Position numbers and translations under genes: made by a program. Below, piece after piece: positions 1-13,460 of a stretch of 64,000 nt of DNA. Position 1 is the stretch's first letter, and each line of letters starts with the position of its first letter. Origin of the DNA: Vitrella brassicaformis CCMP3155 (lineage: Eukaryota > Protista > Chromerida); the NCBI GenBank assembly GCA_001179505.1, contig CDMY01000666.1, positions 62,001 through 126,000 on the forward strand, given 5' to 3'. The notes below the pieces were generated by a model that was not told the DNA's origin, made no database searches, and worked only from the letters and a program-made list of their open reading frames with translations.

Positions 1-2092
1 ACACACACACACACAGAGGGAGGCCTTTGTTTGCCCACGTGCCTTTTATGTGTTTGGTGCAGTCGAGTTTGATCCGTGTGGTGCCTGGCGAGGGCATTGC
101 CGGCACAGTCTTCAAAGAGGGGGAACCGCTGCGCATACCGTAGGCACACATCGCACACAGTCGCAGCCAGTGTGTCTTGATGCATGTCGCATTATGTGTC
201 CTGAGTGTGTGTAGGGATGCATACGAGGACCCGCGATTCGACCAGAGCCATGACAAAGAAACAGGTAGTTGCACGGCTGTGCCCCCGGAAGCTCACGTGT
301 TCATTTTTCACATACGCATTGCATTACGTGGCCCCACTGTGTAGATTTCAAGACCAAGAGCATCCTGGCAGTGCCTGTGATGGAGTATTCTGCCACCGAG
401 GGCGACGCCAAGACGATCGGCGTGCTGCAGGCCATCAACAAGCTGGGCGGCGAGGGGGAGGACCAGGCCTTCACATCGCTCGACGAACTACTACTCGAGA
501 ACCTCGCACAATATGCCGGCATCGCTGGTGCACACACACACACACACACACACACGAGAGAGAGATTCCCTACCGACGTGCATCGTGCTGTGTTGTTTGT
601 GTTGCGTCGTGGCTCCAAATCAAAGTGCGCAACGCCGAGGTCAGCTTGACACATCTCATTCGCTGACGTGTTGTCATATCATTTTGTGTGGCTGGGTGCA
701 GATGTACCGTGTGGTTGAGCAGCGTGAGCTGCAGTCCAGAGCCCTTCTCGAAGTCATCAACTCGCTCAAACCTGACCTAGGTACACACACACCGAATGCA
801 GTGGTGCTGGGGAGACGGACACATGGATCCATGTGTGTTGTCTTGTGTTGTGTGCAGGGACTCAGTCGGTCATCATCTCCATCACCACATGCGCGAAACG
901 CCTCGTCAACGTCAGAGTGCACCACACAACAACACACATGGGCTGACCGTCGTATTGTGTTCTGCTGCGTGTGTGTGTGTTGTGTGCCATCCATCCATCC
1001 ATCCATCCATCCCTCCCATCGATTCACCAGGCGCAGCGCAGCAGTGTGTATCTGCTTGACCAGCCCAACGACGCCCTATGGACGGTCGCCACAGACACCG
1101 GACAGGTTCGCAACAGACACACCTGCATCCCATATACGTATCTGTGGGCCGGTCTTTCATCTCTCTCTCACACACATGTGCAGGAGATCCGCATCGGCAG
1201 AGAGCAGGGACTCGCAGGTAAGGAGAGAAAAATGCGCCAACCGACTGATTGTGCGCCATCTTGGTTTGTGCGCGTGTGATGTGTGTGTGTCCCATCCATC
1301 GACAGGTGCGTGTGCCAAGTGTGGTGAGATCGTCAATGTGCCCGACGCGTACGAGGACGAGCGGTTCGACCAATCCATCGACAAGAGCGGCGGTGAGACT
1401 GCTGCTGACAGATATGGATGGACGCACACTTGACCCATCGCCTTCCTTATCCATTCATCGGTCCATCGATCAGGCGACAGGTTCCGCACCAAGTCGGTGC
1501 TGTGCCTGCCCATCAAGGACGAGCGGTCAGCAAGAGATGGGACGGACGGGGGATTTGTGCGCTGGTCTCACGTGTGTGGTGTGTGTTGTGTGTGACAGGG
1601 GTGCGGTGTTGGGTGTGATCCAGATGATCAACCGTGAGGAGGAGGGCATCCTGGGCGCGTTCCACTGGCTCAGCGAAAACAACAAAACCATAGGTACACC
1701 ACACACAACACCAATCGAGACGTCAGCGTTGCAACTGTGCTACTGTGTGTGTGGTTGTGTAGGTGTGTTTGACGAGGAGGACGTCAACCTGATGGAGACC
1801 TTCTGCAGCTTCGTCGGCCAGCGGCTGCAGCATAGCGAACTCACCGCCCCCTGCGGACAGGGCACACCAAAGGTACACGCACGCACACGCACACACACAC
1901 ACACACACACCACCCCAGATGCGTGTGTGTGTATGTTTCAATGGATGGATGAATGGACGGATGGATGGATGGATGCAGTTGCGTGAGGCTGAGAAGGCGT
2001 GGTTGGAGCCGAAGCCCGTCAAGCACGCCAAGGACCGGCGGTCGTCACTGCACGACACCGTCATCGAAGAGGCACCCGAGGAGGAGGGATAG
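1..2092 (+). CDS. 3' part of a multi-exon tandem-GAF-domain protein (cGMP-PDE-type GAF repeats); 5' end lies outside the window
   Basis: Spliced exons give two GAF signatures: GEGIAGTVFKEGEPLRIP/DAYEDPRFDQSHDKET/GFKTKSILAVPV..IGVLQAINK..FTSLDELLL and EIVNVPDAYEDERFDQSIDK/GFRTKSVLCLPI/VLGVIQMINR/FDEEDVNLMETFCS. Stop TAG at 2090-2092. Confidence 0.85.
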
Positions 2093-2711
2093 TGACAGAT
2101 GGCGCAACACGGGGGAGAGGGACAGGGGGGAGGGGTGAGGGGTGAGGGGTGTGATGTAGCTATATAGCCGTAGCTGGATGGACATCCACACACCTTTTGG
2201 TCTAGCTCTTTTACCTACCTTCATGCAGATGCATGTAGCTGCATATGTGCACGTGTGCATGGCTGGATGGATGGATGGATGCGTGTGTTTATCTCGTGTG
2301 TGTGTGTGTTGAACGTGTATGTGTTGAACTTTGGATACCTGTGGAACCGATACAGACGTACGTGTACGTGTCTGTACGGCTCATTCGTCAATCTCAACTT
2401 GCTGCTGTGGTACACAAGCCGTTAAGTTAAGTAATGAGCTGCTCCGCTTGTCCGTGGGCATGGACGGCCTGAGGCCACTCACGGCACACTCTCACTCACA
2501 CACACAGACATGTCAAAACCAGATTGACACATAATGGATCGATCCAAAAACTCAGATAGCTCTCATCATGGATGGCCTTATCGATATCGATACACACACA
2601 TCTCTCTGTCACACACATGCACTACTCCCTGTAAACGCCACAGCCACATCCACACCACAGCATGCACGTGTGCGTGTACGTCACATACAAGATGCATGAG
2701 CATTACTATCA

Positions 2712-5660
2712 TCATGCCGTCTCGACCGTCACGCCCGGCTGCTCGGCCGCCTGCTTCTGGTCCTCCTCCTTGCTGCTGAAGACCTTGAGTGTGGTGAGCT
2801 TCACCTGGTCCGGCAGCTGTGGGTTGGCCTCCTCGATGGCCTTGACCGAGCCAACTACCGTCACCGAACTGCGCGTGGCGTCGTGGATGACCTTCTCTAG
2901 CCGGTCGGCAAGCTTGCCGAAGTCTTCAGGCGATGTTGCTAACACCTGATTGACACCCACACACACACAGCCAAACAGATGTCCATCTGTGTGTGTGGTG
3001 TGCGGTGTGTGGTGTGGGTGGCCATTTCTCACCTCATCTCTATATCGCTGTCGCTCCTCCTGTGTCTCGCCCTGCAGGTGCTGCATCATGGCCTGGCGGC
3101 CCTTCTGGTCCGGCTGCTTGGGCGCGTCCAGGCTGCGGAATATCCCCAGCACCGCACGAGTGATGTCGTCCTTATCGGGCGGATTCTAGTGACACACACA
3201 CATATAAGCACAAGGGATGCAGGCAGCCTTGGCCATTTGTGTGGGTCTTGGTTTGTTAGACTGTTACCTCGCGCAAGTGCTTGACGGCATTATCGTAGAC
3301 CTCTATCGACTTGATGAGCTGCGGGTCCCTGTAGCTGGCGAACTGCACAATGCCCGACTGCTGGCCGAGGCCCGCCATGGCCCCATACGCGCCATTGAGC
3401 ACCCGCACGTTGTCCCACAGGTAGCCGACATCCAAATGCTCCATGACGACAGACGCCGCCCCCGGGACCCTCTCGCCCTCGTCATACACCTTGCACAGCT
3501 TGGCCACGTAGTTGACCTGAGTCGGCACCTCGATGCCCTCGCCACGCACAGGCAAGAGAGCCGACGACATGGCCGTCGACCAGGGGTGCTTCTCACTACT
3601 GGACGAGTCGCCTGCGGTCGCTTGTGAGGGCGGGAGTGCGTCGAGGAAGGTGTCGATGCTTGGCTGTGCGGCCGAGAGGATGTTGTCGCCAGCCGTGATG
3701 TCGAGCAGCATACGGTCCCGCCGCAAGAGTGACTTGCGGATCGACTCGAGACGCGCCTGCACCGACGGCCAGTCGCTCTCCACCTGCACTCGAACACCCA
3801 CCGGAGACAGCCTCATGCAGAAGGGCCATCTTCTCAAACTCTCTCCCGCACTGACCTGCTTGATAAGGTCCCTGACGAACTCCAGCTGCCCCAGCCCACC
3901 GGTCATGTCGTTGATGCGGCCGGCGAGGGTGTACTGCGCCGCTGCCCGCTGGAGCGCGTATCTGTGTCCCGCGCCGATGATGCTCGACTCGAGCGCCGTC
4001 TTCCTCTCCTTGAGTATCTCTGTGGCTCGCCTCTTGTTGTCGAGCCTGGCGTCGTAGAGGACGTCCTTCATGATGTCAAACATGTCACCCACCTTGTCCG
4101 GCACGCTCTGACAAATGGTTGGATGGAACCAAGAGACAATGTGTGTGAGTGTGCGTAAGTGTGTGTGTGCGATGTCTGCCCACCTTGCCAGTGATGAATA
4201 GGTAGCTGAGGACGTCCATGGGGTTGCCCACGACGCCATCCGGCGCCCTCTTGCTGGTGATGGTGCTCGACGCACCGACGCCCCCCGTCTTGCTCCCAAT
4301 CCGGCGGCTGAACCCCACCTCGTCATATTTGCTCGTGCCGCTCTCCGTGAGCATGCGCGTGAAGAGGGGCAGGTAGGGGATGTCCTCGACCGGCATGTCG
4401 CGGAGATCGATGCCGAGGGTGGCGTAGAGGACGCCGCTGGTGGGCAGGGGGTGGCGCAGGATCTTGACGTCCTTCTCCTGCGTGACGGTGGTTGGGATGA
4501 CCTCGGCTTTGCGCTCGATGTCCTCCAGGTTCATCTTGGGGATGGCCGCCAACACCTCAGGAGAGTCCTCTGCTGCCTGATCCATGACGCAAACACCACA
4601 CAGATGCAGGTAGGTGCACACCAACGTGGGGGAGCGTCCATCGATGTGTGTGAGGTGCCCACCTGGAACTCTTTGAGTTCTTTGGTTTCCTTAATGACCC
4701 TGTCCATATCTGCGTCAGTCAGTTTGTCCTTGATGCGCTCCAGCCTCTGCTTCTCCTCCTCGAGCCACTTCTTCTCCAAACCCTCGTCGGGCGTCATGTG
4801 CAGCGTCATACGGTGGTTGTTGTCCAGCAGATACCTGCACCAAACACACATACCCACAACAAAAGGTGACTCTCGGCTCCTGCTGTGTTTCTGAGCAGCG
4901 AGCTTGCTGACTTTTTAATGAGGTTTTGGAAGACCGGTTTGCCCTCTTTGAGGTCCGCCTTGAGCTGCGCCAAGGGCTTCTCAAACTTGACGGCATCAGA
5001 CGGATCCTGACAGCCCGACACACGCACGCACAACGTGTCCGTGCCTCCATCGGCGGCTGCGCGTTTGCGTGTGCGTGTGTGTTTGCACCGACCAGGTCGT
5101 AGACCCACTCCTCGAGCATGGCCAGTGTGAGCGAGAGGCCCTTGGGGAAGCTGCCCGTGTTGAACTCGCGCAGCGCAAACTCCACCGAGTTGAGGGCCGC
5201 CTCGATCGCGTCCGCATCGAACCCCTTGTCCACACGCTCCTGCAGCGTACGCAGCACCAGATCCTCTATCTTCTTGTACGTCCCTGCACACACCACACGA
5301 CACACAGAGGACGATCCATTGCGCGTGTCTGCACAGTATCTCTCTCTCCCTCTTTCGTCCTGTGTGCGCATGTACCTTCCTCAGAGATGACGTCTTTGAG
5401 TCCGATGGCGAACGTCCACTGCAGCAGCGAGCCCATGACGCCCGAGCCGGCCAGCTGTGCGCCGTAGCCGCTCTCGATGAGCGCCTTGTAGAGGTAGCTG
5501 CTGGGGGTGCCCAGCAGCAGCTCGTTCATGATGGTGAGCGAGAGCTTCTCGTAGGGCGTCAGCTCCTGGTCGTTGAGCAGCCAGTTGACCGTCACGATGT
5601 CCTTGTTCTTGGTGTCACCGGGAGCGACAGGGAACGTCTCACGCACCAGCCACGGCTCTG

Positions 5661-5691
<31 letters not shown>

Positions 5692-7078
5692 GGGGCATTT
5701 GTTGTGGGTTTCGCTTTCCTTTTCTCGCTGCCTGACTGACTGACCATTTTTCTTTTTCTGCCATGTGACGGCGGAGTCTACTGGGGCGGGTGGCGCGTCA
5801 AACTCATCAAGGTAGGTGTGCAGGAAATCCAGACGCTTCTTGAGGTCGTCATTGCTGCAACACAACACAACACAAGACGCATTCAACAGAGACACACACC
5901 ACACACAAAGATGTCTTCCTTCCCGTGTCCCGTGTGACCGACCCGTAGATGAATGTGCGTGAGTTTGCGGGGTGGTAGAATCGCTGGTGGAACTCCTTGA
6001 ACTGGTCGAATGTCAGGTCAGTGATCTCACGGGGGTCGCCGCCAGAGTCAACACGGTACGTGTTGTCGGGGAACAACTCCTGCGATGCAGCGCAGCAGCA
6101 GCCACAAAGACAGACAGAGGGAAACACGTGTTCGTCTGGGTGGTCCGTGGGTGTGCCTGTGGTGGTGTATGTGTGTGGTTGTCTGACCTGTTTGGTTCTT
6201 CTAAAAACGAGCGACTCCACCTGGGAGTAGACGCCCTTCATCTCATTGTACACCACACCTGAGCAACACCCAAACAAAGAAACAAACCCGTTCACAAAGC
6301 ATAGATCACATCCTCCCCCTACAAGGGCCCGCCGCGCACCGTTGAATTTGAGGTCATCTGATTTGTTCTCTGCCTCCACGTGCCACCCCTCCTGCGCCAG
6401 CACCTTGGGGTCCGTCACAGCTCGGGGGAACAGCACCGCGTCCAGGTACACATCCATCAGGTTGTAGAAGTCCTTCTCGTTGGTCGATGCCACGGGGTAG
6501 CAGGTGCGGTCGGGGTAGGTCATGGCGTTGATGAAGCAGCACAACGACCCCTTCCGCAACTGGTTGAACGTGTCCTTGGCCTGAAATTTGCGCGACCCGC
6601 ACAGCAGGCCGTGCTCCAGGATGTGGGGCACGCCCTTGGAGTCGTCGGGGGGCGTCCTGAAGGAGATGCCGAAGACCTTGACGGGGTCGTCAGCGGCCAC
6701 CGACAGCACCTGCGCCCCCGTCTTCTTGTGCCGATACAGATAAGTGGTCGAGTTGTACTCGGTGACGTAGTCCGCCCGCACCAGGTCGTACTGCGGATGC
6801 TCCACGGGCGTCACTGTGGTCGGTGCAGCGACCTCAGGGACGGCCACAGCAGACATGCGCGCGATGCGGTTGAGTGCATAGGGCCGCAGACAGGAGCGCT
6901 CCTTGATTGGCTGCAGGCTGGTGAGGGCGCGGGATGCTGTGCCTGTGCCTCGGAGTGGGGATGAGAAGCCTCGCCTCGCGAAGGTGTGTGAGATTGCTGG
7001 GAAAGCCGTCATGATAGATATCGACAGCATTGTGCTCACTGCTGGGTGCCGGCTGGAGGAGAGCAACAGAAACGGCAT
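2712..7078 (-). CDS. PREP: Presequence protease / falcilysin-like M16C zinc metallopeptidase with long N-terminal targeting extension
   Basis: Inverted zinc motif HILEH in FGISFRTPPDDSKGVPHILEHGLLCGSRKF; NAMTYPDRTCYPVASTNEKDFYNL, GVVYNEMKG, YLWDNVRVLNGAYG, SYRDP. Multi-exon; TGA at 2712-2714. Confidence 0.95.
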
Positions 7079-7285
7079 GACGAGGTGTCGGAGATGAGAT
7101 GACTTCGCTGCAAACCTCTCAAGCAAGGCCTGTCTGCTGTGACCGATGCCTCACCCCTACTTCAGACGACAGCCCAGCGCTGAAGCGATCCACAACCTTT
7201 GCGAGCTCTTAAGCTCGCGGCAGAAGGGGAAGGAAAGCGATAGATCTGTGTGGGGGACGGTGCTGCCTCCCCTCCGCACGTCGAG

Positions 7286-8358
7286 ATGTCGATGAATTTC
7301 GACCCTCGGCAGTTTGTGCAGTCGTTTGGCCGCGTCGGTCTGGGCATCGGTGGTGCAGTGACGGTCGTCGGCGGCGGGCTGTGGCTGGTGCGCAACTGTC
7401 TCTATAACGTGGAGGCAGGGCACAGAGCCATCCTCTTCAACCGCATCACAGGACTCGGAGAGAAGGTGAGGCGCAAGACAGGCTGCTCATGGCGTGTGCG
7501 CAACGTATCAGATCGGTGTGCATTGACGTGATTTTTTTGTCAGGTGTATGGCGAGGGGACTCATTTCCTGGTGCCGTGGTTCGACCGCCCCATTATCTAT
7601 GACGTCCGGACGCGGCCAAGGGTGCTGGTGTCGCTGACGGGCTCCCGCGACCTGCAGATGGTCAACATCACGTGCCGTGTGCTGTCGCGTCCCGACGAGC
7701 ACATGCTCACGACCATCTACCGCACTCTCGGCAAGGACCACGACGAGAAGGTGCTGCCGTCGATCATCAACGAGGTGCTCAAGAGCGTCGTTGCGCAGTA
7801 CAACGCCTCCCAGCTGATCACGCAGAGAGAGGTGGTGTCCCGCACCATCAGAAACCTGCTGGTGGAGCGGGCCAAGGACTTCAACCTGCTGCTGGATGAC
7901 GTGTCCATCACCCACCTGTCCTTCTCGCCCACATTTGAGCAGGCCGTCGAGTCCAAACAGGTGGCGCAGCAGCAGGCCGAGCGGGCGAGGTTCACGGTCC
8001 TCAAGGCACAGGAAGAGAAGAAATCTACCATCATCAAAGCACAAGGTCACACACATGCACACATACGCACACACACACACACAATCAGACTCATGTGGGC
8101 TTTACATATCTTTCTCTCCCTGTGTGTGATTGATTAGGTGAGATGCGTGCTGCGGAGCTGATCGGCAACGCCATTGCCAACAACCCCGGGTTCATCGAGC
8201 TGCGTCGGATCGAGACGGCCAAGGAGGTGTCCAACATCCTCTCCAAGGGCGCCAACCGGCTGCTGCTCGGCAGTGAGTCGCTCCTTGTCAACCTCCTGGG
8301 CGACCACACCACCAGGGTCACATCCGGGTCACCCACAGCTGCGGTGGCCGGCAAATGA
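7286..8358 (+). CDS. PHB2: Prohibitin-2 (SPFH/band-7 mitochondrial inner-membrane scaffold), 3 exons
   Basis: N-terminal hydrophobic segment, [86 protein letters not shown]. The LQMVNI..RVLSRP pattern is PHB2-type. Confidence 0.93.
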
Positions 8359-9295
8359 GATGAGTGTACAAGGTGAGCATGGGGAAGGTACGGATGGGCT
8401 ATGTTCGGGAGGCACATTTTTCGTCGTTGTGCTGGTGTGTCGTGTCTGTTGTTCGTTCAGGTGGAGTTTGCTGCGCATGTAAGTGCTTTCTGCGGTTCGT
8501 TCCTTCTCTCCCTCTGCATGTATTGTTCCTTCTGCGTCGTTGATGCCGAGAACTTGCTGTGACATGGGAGAAGACCATAATGCTGTATCTGTGTTTCTGG
8601 CGATTTATGGTGGTGAGTGTCGTCAGAGTTTGTGTCGTCATTGGCTGTGTGGCATCGACCCTTCACAGTCAAGGACGACACTGGCCGTGACTGACGCTCA
8701 CCACCACACAGAGCCATAGGGAAGAAAAGCGTGTCTGACCCACGTCCATCTGCGTGCCTCGGCGGTCTTTTCACATGTGCTGTGTCGTGGTGGTTGCTCT
8801 GCTTCTAGCACCGCCTTCTTCGTCTGTTTGGCAGGTCTCCACACCAGAGAGATCTGCTGACAAGACGAAGGAGGCGGATTGGCCAGCAGTGGACATCCAC
8901 ACGCACACACACACACACACATTTACTCAGTCCACATGTTTCCCGTGTTGTTTTTTTGACTGACTGTGTCAAGATGAGGATGGGACGGGAGGGAGGAGGG
9001 GATCATGGTGCGTCGTGTCATGCGACTGATGGCTTTTTCCCGCCTGTGGACACTGCCAGCAATGCCTGTTCGTACGTGAGATGCGACACTTTCTCGTCAT
9101 GCAGATGGTTCATGTGTCGATGAGTTTTAACGCCAGATGTGAGCCAGCCGACGGGAGGCGTACGAAGCATTTCAACGTGCAGCACAGGAGAGCACTCGGC
9201 CAGTCCTCCGATCTACCACATGCACTCAACCCATGAGTAGTCTGTTAGCCGCCAGCAGCCTAGCCTACACACACATCCACCCACCCACACGCACT

Positions 9296-11047
9296 TCACT
9301 GCCTCACATAATGCTGCTGCTGCTGCTGCGGGTGGTGCAGATGATGGTGTCTCGGCCGTATTGGTGGTGGTGGCGGCTGCGCCAGCACAAACACCAGAGG
9401 AGAGACATCACCGCTCCCACACGCCATGTGCTGCTGCTGCTGTTGCTGGATGATGGGCACATCAGCCGTGGTGGACCGGTTGCTCAACGACCATTCTCGT
9501 GGAGCGCTGCCCAGCATCCCGCTAGTCACACCCCCAGGGCAGATCGGTGGCACGGCAAACAAGCTCTGAAAGCCGACCGTCGGCTCCTCATGCTGATGCT
9601 GATGCTGCTGTTGCCTGACGCGCCCCACACTCCGGAAGGGCCCGATCATGTCCTTGTCTCGCCTCTGCTGCCACCGATACCCACTCGGTGTGGCATCCTG
9701 GTCAGCACCAGAGCCAGAACCGGGGCTCAGCTGCGGCAGCATGGCCGATATCGACGGGTGGTGGTGGCCGTCGTGGTGTGTGGGTGAGGGGAAGGCCTTG
9801 GTGGAGACGCGTGACTCGTCTGGCGAGAGGGAGGAAAGGGGCGAGCGGGAGGCTGACGGTGACAAAGGCAGGTCGCTCAGCACACCGCCGCGGCTCCGGA
9901 CAATCGGTATGTCCTCTGATAAGAGAGAGGGGCTGACGATGGACGAACATGACACACACACGTGTTTGTTTTGTGGATGCACGGCTGTCGGTGAGATACG
10001 CACCGCTGATAGAGTCGGCCGCCTCTCTTTTTGGAGGTCTTTGATCGTTTGCCAGGCGGGTGCCACTCGTGGCAGAACTGACAGCTGCGGCCGTTCTGGC
10101 ACCCCTTGCCCCAATAAAACACACACGGCTTGCAGGCCCCAACGTTGTGCAACAAACTCCCTGTCGCACAGAGACGCAAGAGACATCAATGCCAATGCAC
10201 ACACTTACACAGAGCGCGAGGGACGAGCTCTCTCGACCTGGACACTTGAGTGGGTGTCCGGTGTCTCTGTGATCCATCTTGGAGAGGTCTTCAGCAACAT
10301 CCTCCAGCCACGTGGCCGTCCCAGGCACCACATAGTGGGAGAACGGGACATACCCATCATCACCACGGGGCATCACCGGTAACGCTATGCGGCTCCCTGA
10401 ACAAGGAGACATGAAGAGGCATGCTCTGTGGATGGCTGTTCAGGCATCGTGCGTCCTCTTTCGTCATCACCAGGTGATCTGGGCATCTGGGGGATGAGCA
10501 ACGGTGGCGGCCGGCGCACACGACGGAACCCCACCCCACTCATGACCCTGCCCTCGTCACTCTCTCCGCCTTGCCCGTTGCCATTCCCCTCTGTCTCGTC
10601 CCTCCCCCGCCCCTCCCCCTCCTCGAGCACCACCTCCAGCGGCCTCTTGACGTCCAGCACAGCCATTCCCGGGTGCTCGCACCCCAGGTTATCACTCCTG
10701 TGTCGTTTTAGGCCGAGCAGCTTCCACAACGGGTCCACCTGGTAGAAGAGCACGTGCAGCTGCCGGGCAAAGGCGTCATATGTCTGTAGGTGCACTGATG
10801 ACGGCCCCTCGGGCGGCTGGTAGGAGGAGTCGTTTCTCCGTGCGGGTCTCCGCTGCCATGAGCGGTGTCGCACGTTGGCTGGGTCGGGGAAGGGCACTTG
10901 GGGGATCTTGAGGGCCGGGAGGGAGAGGGACCGTCTTCGGGCTTCGGTTGGGACCGCCTCTCGTATGTGAATGAACGAGTGTTTGACACAGCCCCTCAGC
11001 CATGTGGTCTCTGCGTCGATCACACAGGCTTGCGTGTGGGAGATCAT
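9296..11047 (-). CDS. Low-complexity protein with one C3H1-type zinc finger and a VKHSFIH...RRRSLSLP N-terminal motif; further 5' exons possible to about 11.4 kb
   Basis: HNVGACKPCVFYWGKGCQNGRSCQFCHEWH at about 10.05-10.15 kb. An intron at about 9998-9933 joins it in frame to the S/Q/H-rich tail ending at 9296. Upstream exon reads GCVKHSFIHIREAVPTEARRRSLSLP. Confidence 0.7.
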
Positions 11048-11684
11048 CGCGACACCGAGACACCTGCAGCAAGGCGAAAAAGAGGAGAGGGCATATAGGG
11101 ACAGTCAGGTGTGTGTGTGTCCGCCAATGCGGCTCGTCAGTCGTGGCTCCAAACCCCTTGTGTTTTTCTGCAGCCGTCTCCCCACCGGATTCTTTTGCCC
11201 CCTCTGATTGTAAGCAAGTCCAGCAATTTCCGGGCGGTCCCTGCACACATAGAAAGGGAGAGGAGAAGGACAGTCACTCTCTGCCCATCTCTGAGCACAC
11301 ACACTGCAGAATCTGCAGTGTCCAGCTGGGCGGCCATTCTTGGGTGTCGCCAAGGGCTTACCAAAAGACCACACCCACTTCAGTGGAGATGGGTTTGTGG
11401 TGTTTCAGATATCCACTGCCACGAGAAAGGGACAGTCACTCCCTTACGGCGGAAAAGAATGGGTTGTCACGGTGCCTCTTCAATCTTGTTGACCTTGTGG
11501 TGTTCAAGGATAAGGTAAGGCACTTCACACACGCGTTTATTCAGCCTCTATCGGCTTTTGTTGCGAGCTGTTGGGGGCGGCTAGCTTCGCCCGCCTGATG
11601 CATGTGGCTCGTTTGTTGGCCAAGAACACGCACACAGCTTTGCAGCACCGATCCCTATCAGCCATGCGTCACGCATGCATGGCG

Positions 11685-13364
11685 TCATTGTTTTGTCCCT
11701 CCCGCCGCCCCTCTCTGTCCATCGCTTTTCCCCCACAAACGCGCCGCCACGACATTCACCTTCTCCCCAACCACTCTGCCCGCATATATAACCCTCTCTT
11801 TCGCCCTTTCACCAGCACTCTGCTGTTCTCTTGGAGCACCGGGCTCCCCGTACGGAGGAGGGGGCGCAGAAGGGTCGGGGAAACCACTTGGCTCTGCGTC
11901 TGGCTCATCTGCCGCACCATAGCCAGCAGCTGGTGCTGCAGGGCTAATCGGTGAATGATATATTGGTGCGCCGGGCGGCTGGTAAGCCTGAGGCGGTGTC
12001 TGATATGCCGGCGGAGCAGCTGACTGTGCAGTGGTGATGATCAGGGGGCCGGGCATGGGACGGCCAGCGTGGGCATAAGCGGTTGGCTGCACGTATGACG
12101 GCTGAACGTGAGTCGCCGCGGGCTGGTGCTGGCTGTAGCTGGTCGGCCGAGGACGGCTGGAGGAGAAAATGAAAGCTGCGGGAAGGAGCAGACCTGAGAG
12201 GGGGAGAAGAAGAGCGGGCTTTGGGAGAGAGACACGCACTGCTGGTGGTGTGTCTTTTGGATTACGTAGAGGATTGATTGGGGTGCTTGAGCGCGCTGTG
12301 AATGTGACAAAGCAGCAGTCCTCACAGCACTGAAAGGGGGAGAGACACGCACGAATGAAGAGTAGAATGGTCACAATATGCCGATCTGCCGATCTGTGTG
12401 TGTCTGCCTTCCATGATGAGCATCCAGAACATCCCAAGCCACGCAGTGACAGCCACGTAGACCAGGAAGAGGATGCCCACCACGACAGCCGACCAACCCA
12501 CCGTCGTGTTTGCCTGCATCAGGATGGAGATGAGACAGCAAGCAGATTGAGACAAAAGGGAAGCCTCGTCGGGTCGCGTGTGTGTCACTTACGCATTCGC
12601 TGTCGTTCGAGCCCCATTCGATTCCGATGCAGCTGAAGACGAATCCGAAGCCAATGACACCGATTGTGTACAGGCAGAAGGGCACATCGTACACAATGAT
12701 CTCCATTGCGCTGATGTGCGCCAGCCGAACACACACATGTCGGTTGATGTGTCTCCATATCGATGAGTGGCTCGTGTCTCACGCCTTGTAAGTGTTTGTC
12801 GATGTTGGCTGAGAGGCCACGTGTGCCGGTGACGCTGCGGCCTGCCTTGCGCCCTCTTTGATGCCCTTGTTGAGCCGATCTGCACGCACGACCGAGCCGG
12901 ATGCCAAGGTGAATGGCTGTCTGTGTGCCCTTTGCGACCTTACATGAAAGATAAACGGACATCGCGCAGTTCAGAAGTCCCAACAGAGCCTCGACGCCAA
13001 TGGATCTGAGGCAATGCACGCAGATGAAGATGACTCACATCGGTACACGTATGCAGCGCCGTGCATCCCCACATCTTGAGCGGCCTGTCGCAGGAGCGGT
13101 CATCAACGAGGCCCAGTACAGCAATGATGAACAAAGGGATGTGGAGGGCGAAAGTCGTGAAGACGCACCATCCCAATGGCTGCACACGGAAAGCCAATTA
13201 AGGAGCAATAATGGGAGAGGCTCAGCGAAGTCGGCAGCTTCACCACGTAGTGGCAATACCTTGTCGCACATGGTCAAACATGACGACAGCCCCTGGCACA
13301 GGCTGTTGCATGCGCTGCCACAACACTGGCTGCATGACGAGCACCCCTGGCAAATGTATATCAT
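11685..13364 (-). CDS. Multipass membrane protein (about 4-5 TM) with Cys-rich N-terminus and Pro/Ala/Tyr-rich cytoplasmic tail
   Basis: Exons: MIYICQGCSSCSQCCGSACNSLCQGLSSCLTMCDK; GWCVFTTFALHIPLFIIAVLGL; GVEALLGLLNCAMSVYL; FCLYTIGVIGFGFVFSCIG; WSAVVVGILFLVYVAVTAWLGMFWMLI; tail with PPAYQ/PPPY. Confidence 0.7.
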
Positions 13365-13460
13365 CGCTGTACCGCTGCTCTCCAGACGTGGGATCTGCGG
13401 AAGTGGGGGCGGGAAGCTTGCTGGGGGCCAGTCTCGCGTCAGTCTCACGCGCCAGCGACA

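Noticed and set aside
8754-8963. Short ORF with a hydrophobic start (MPRRSFHMCCVVVVALLL..)
   Set aside because: Too short, runs into a CA repeat, and has no supporting exons or homology.
9233-10382. Plus-strand ORFs of 184 and 244 aa
   Set aside because: Antisense shadows of the GC-rich C3H1-finger gene on the minus strand.
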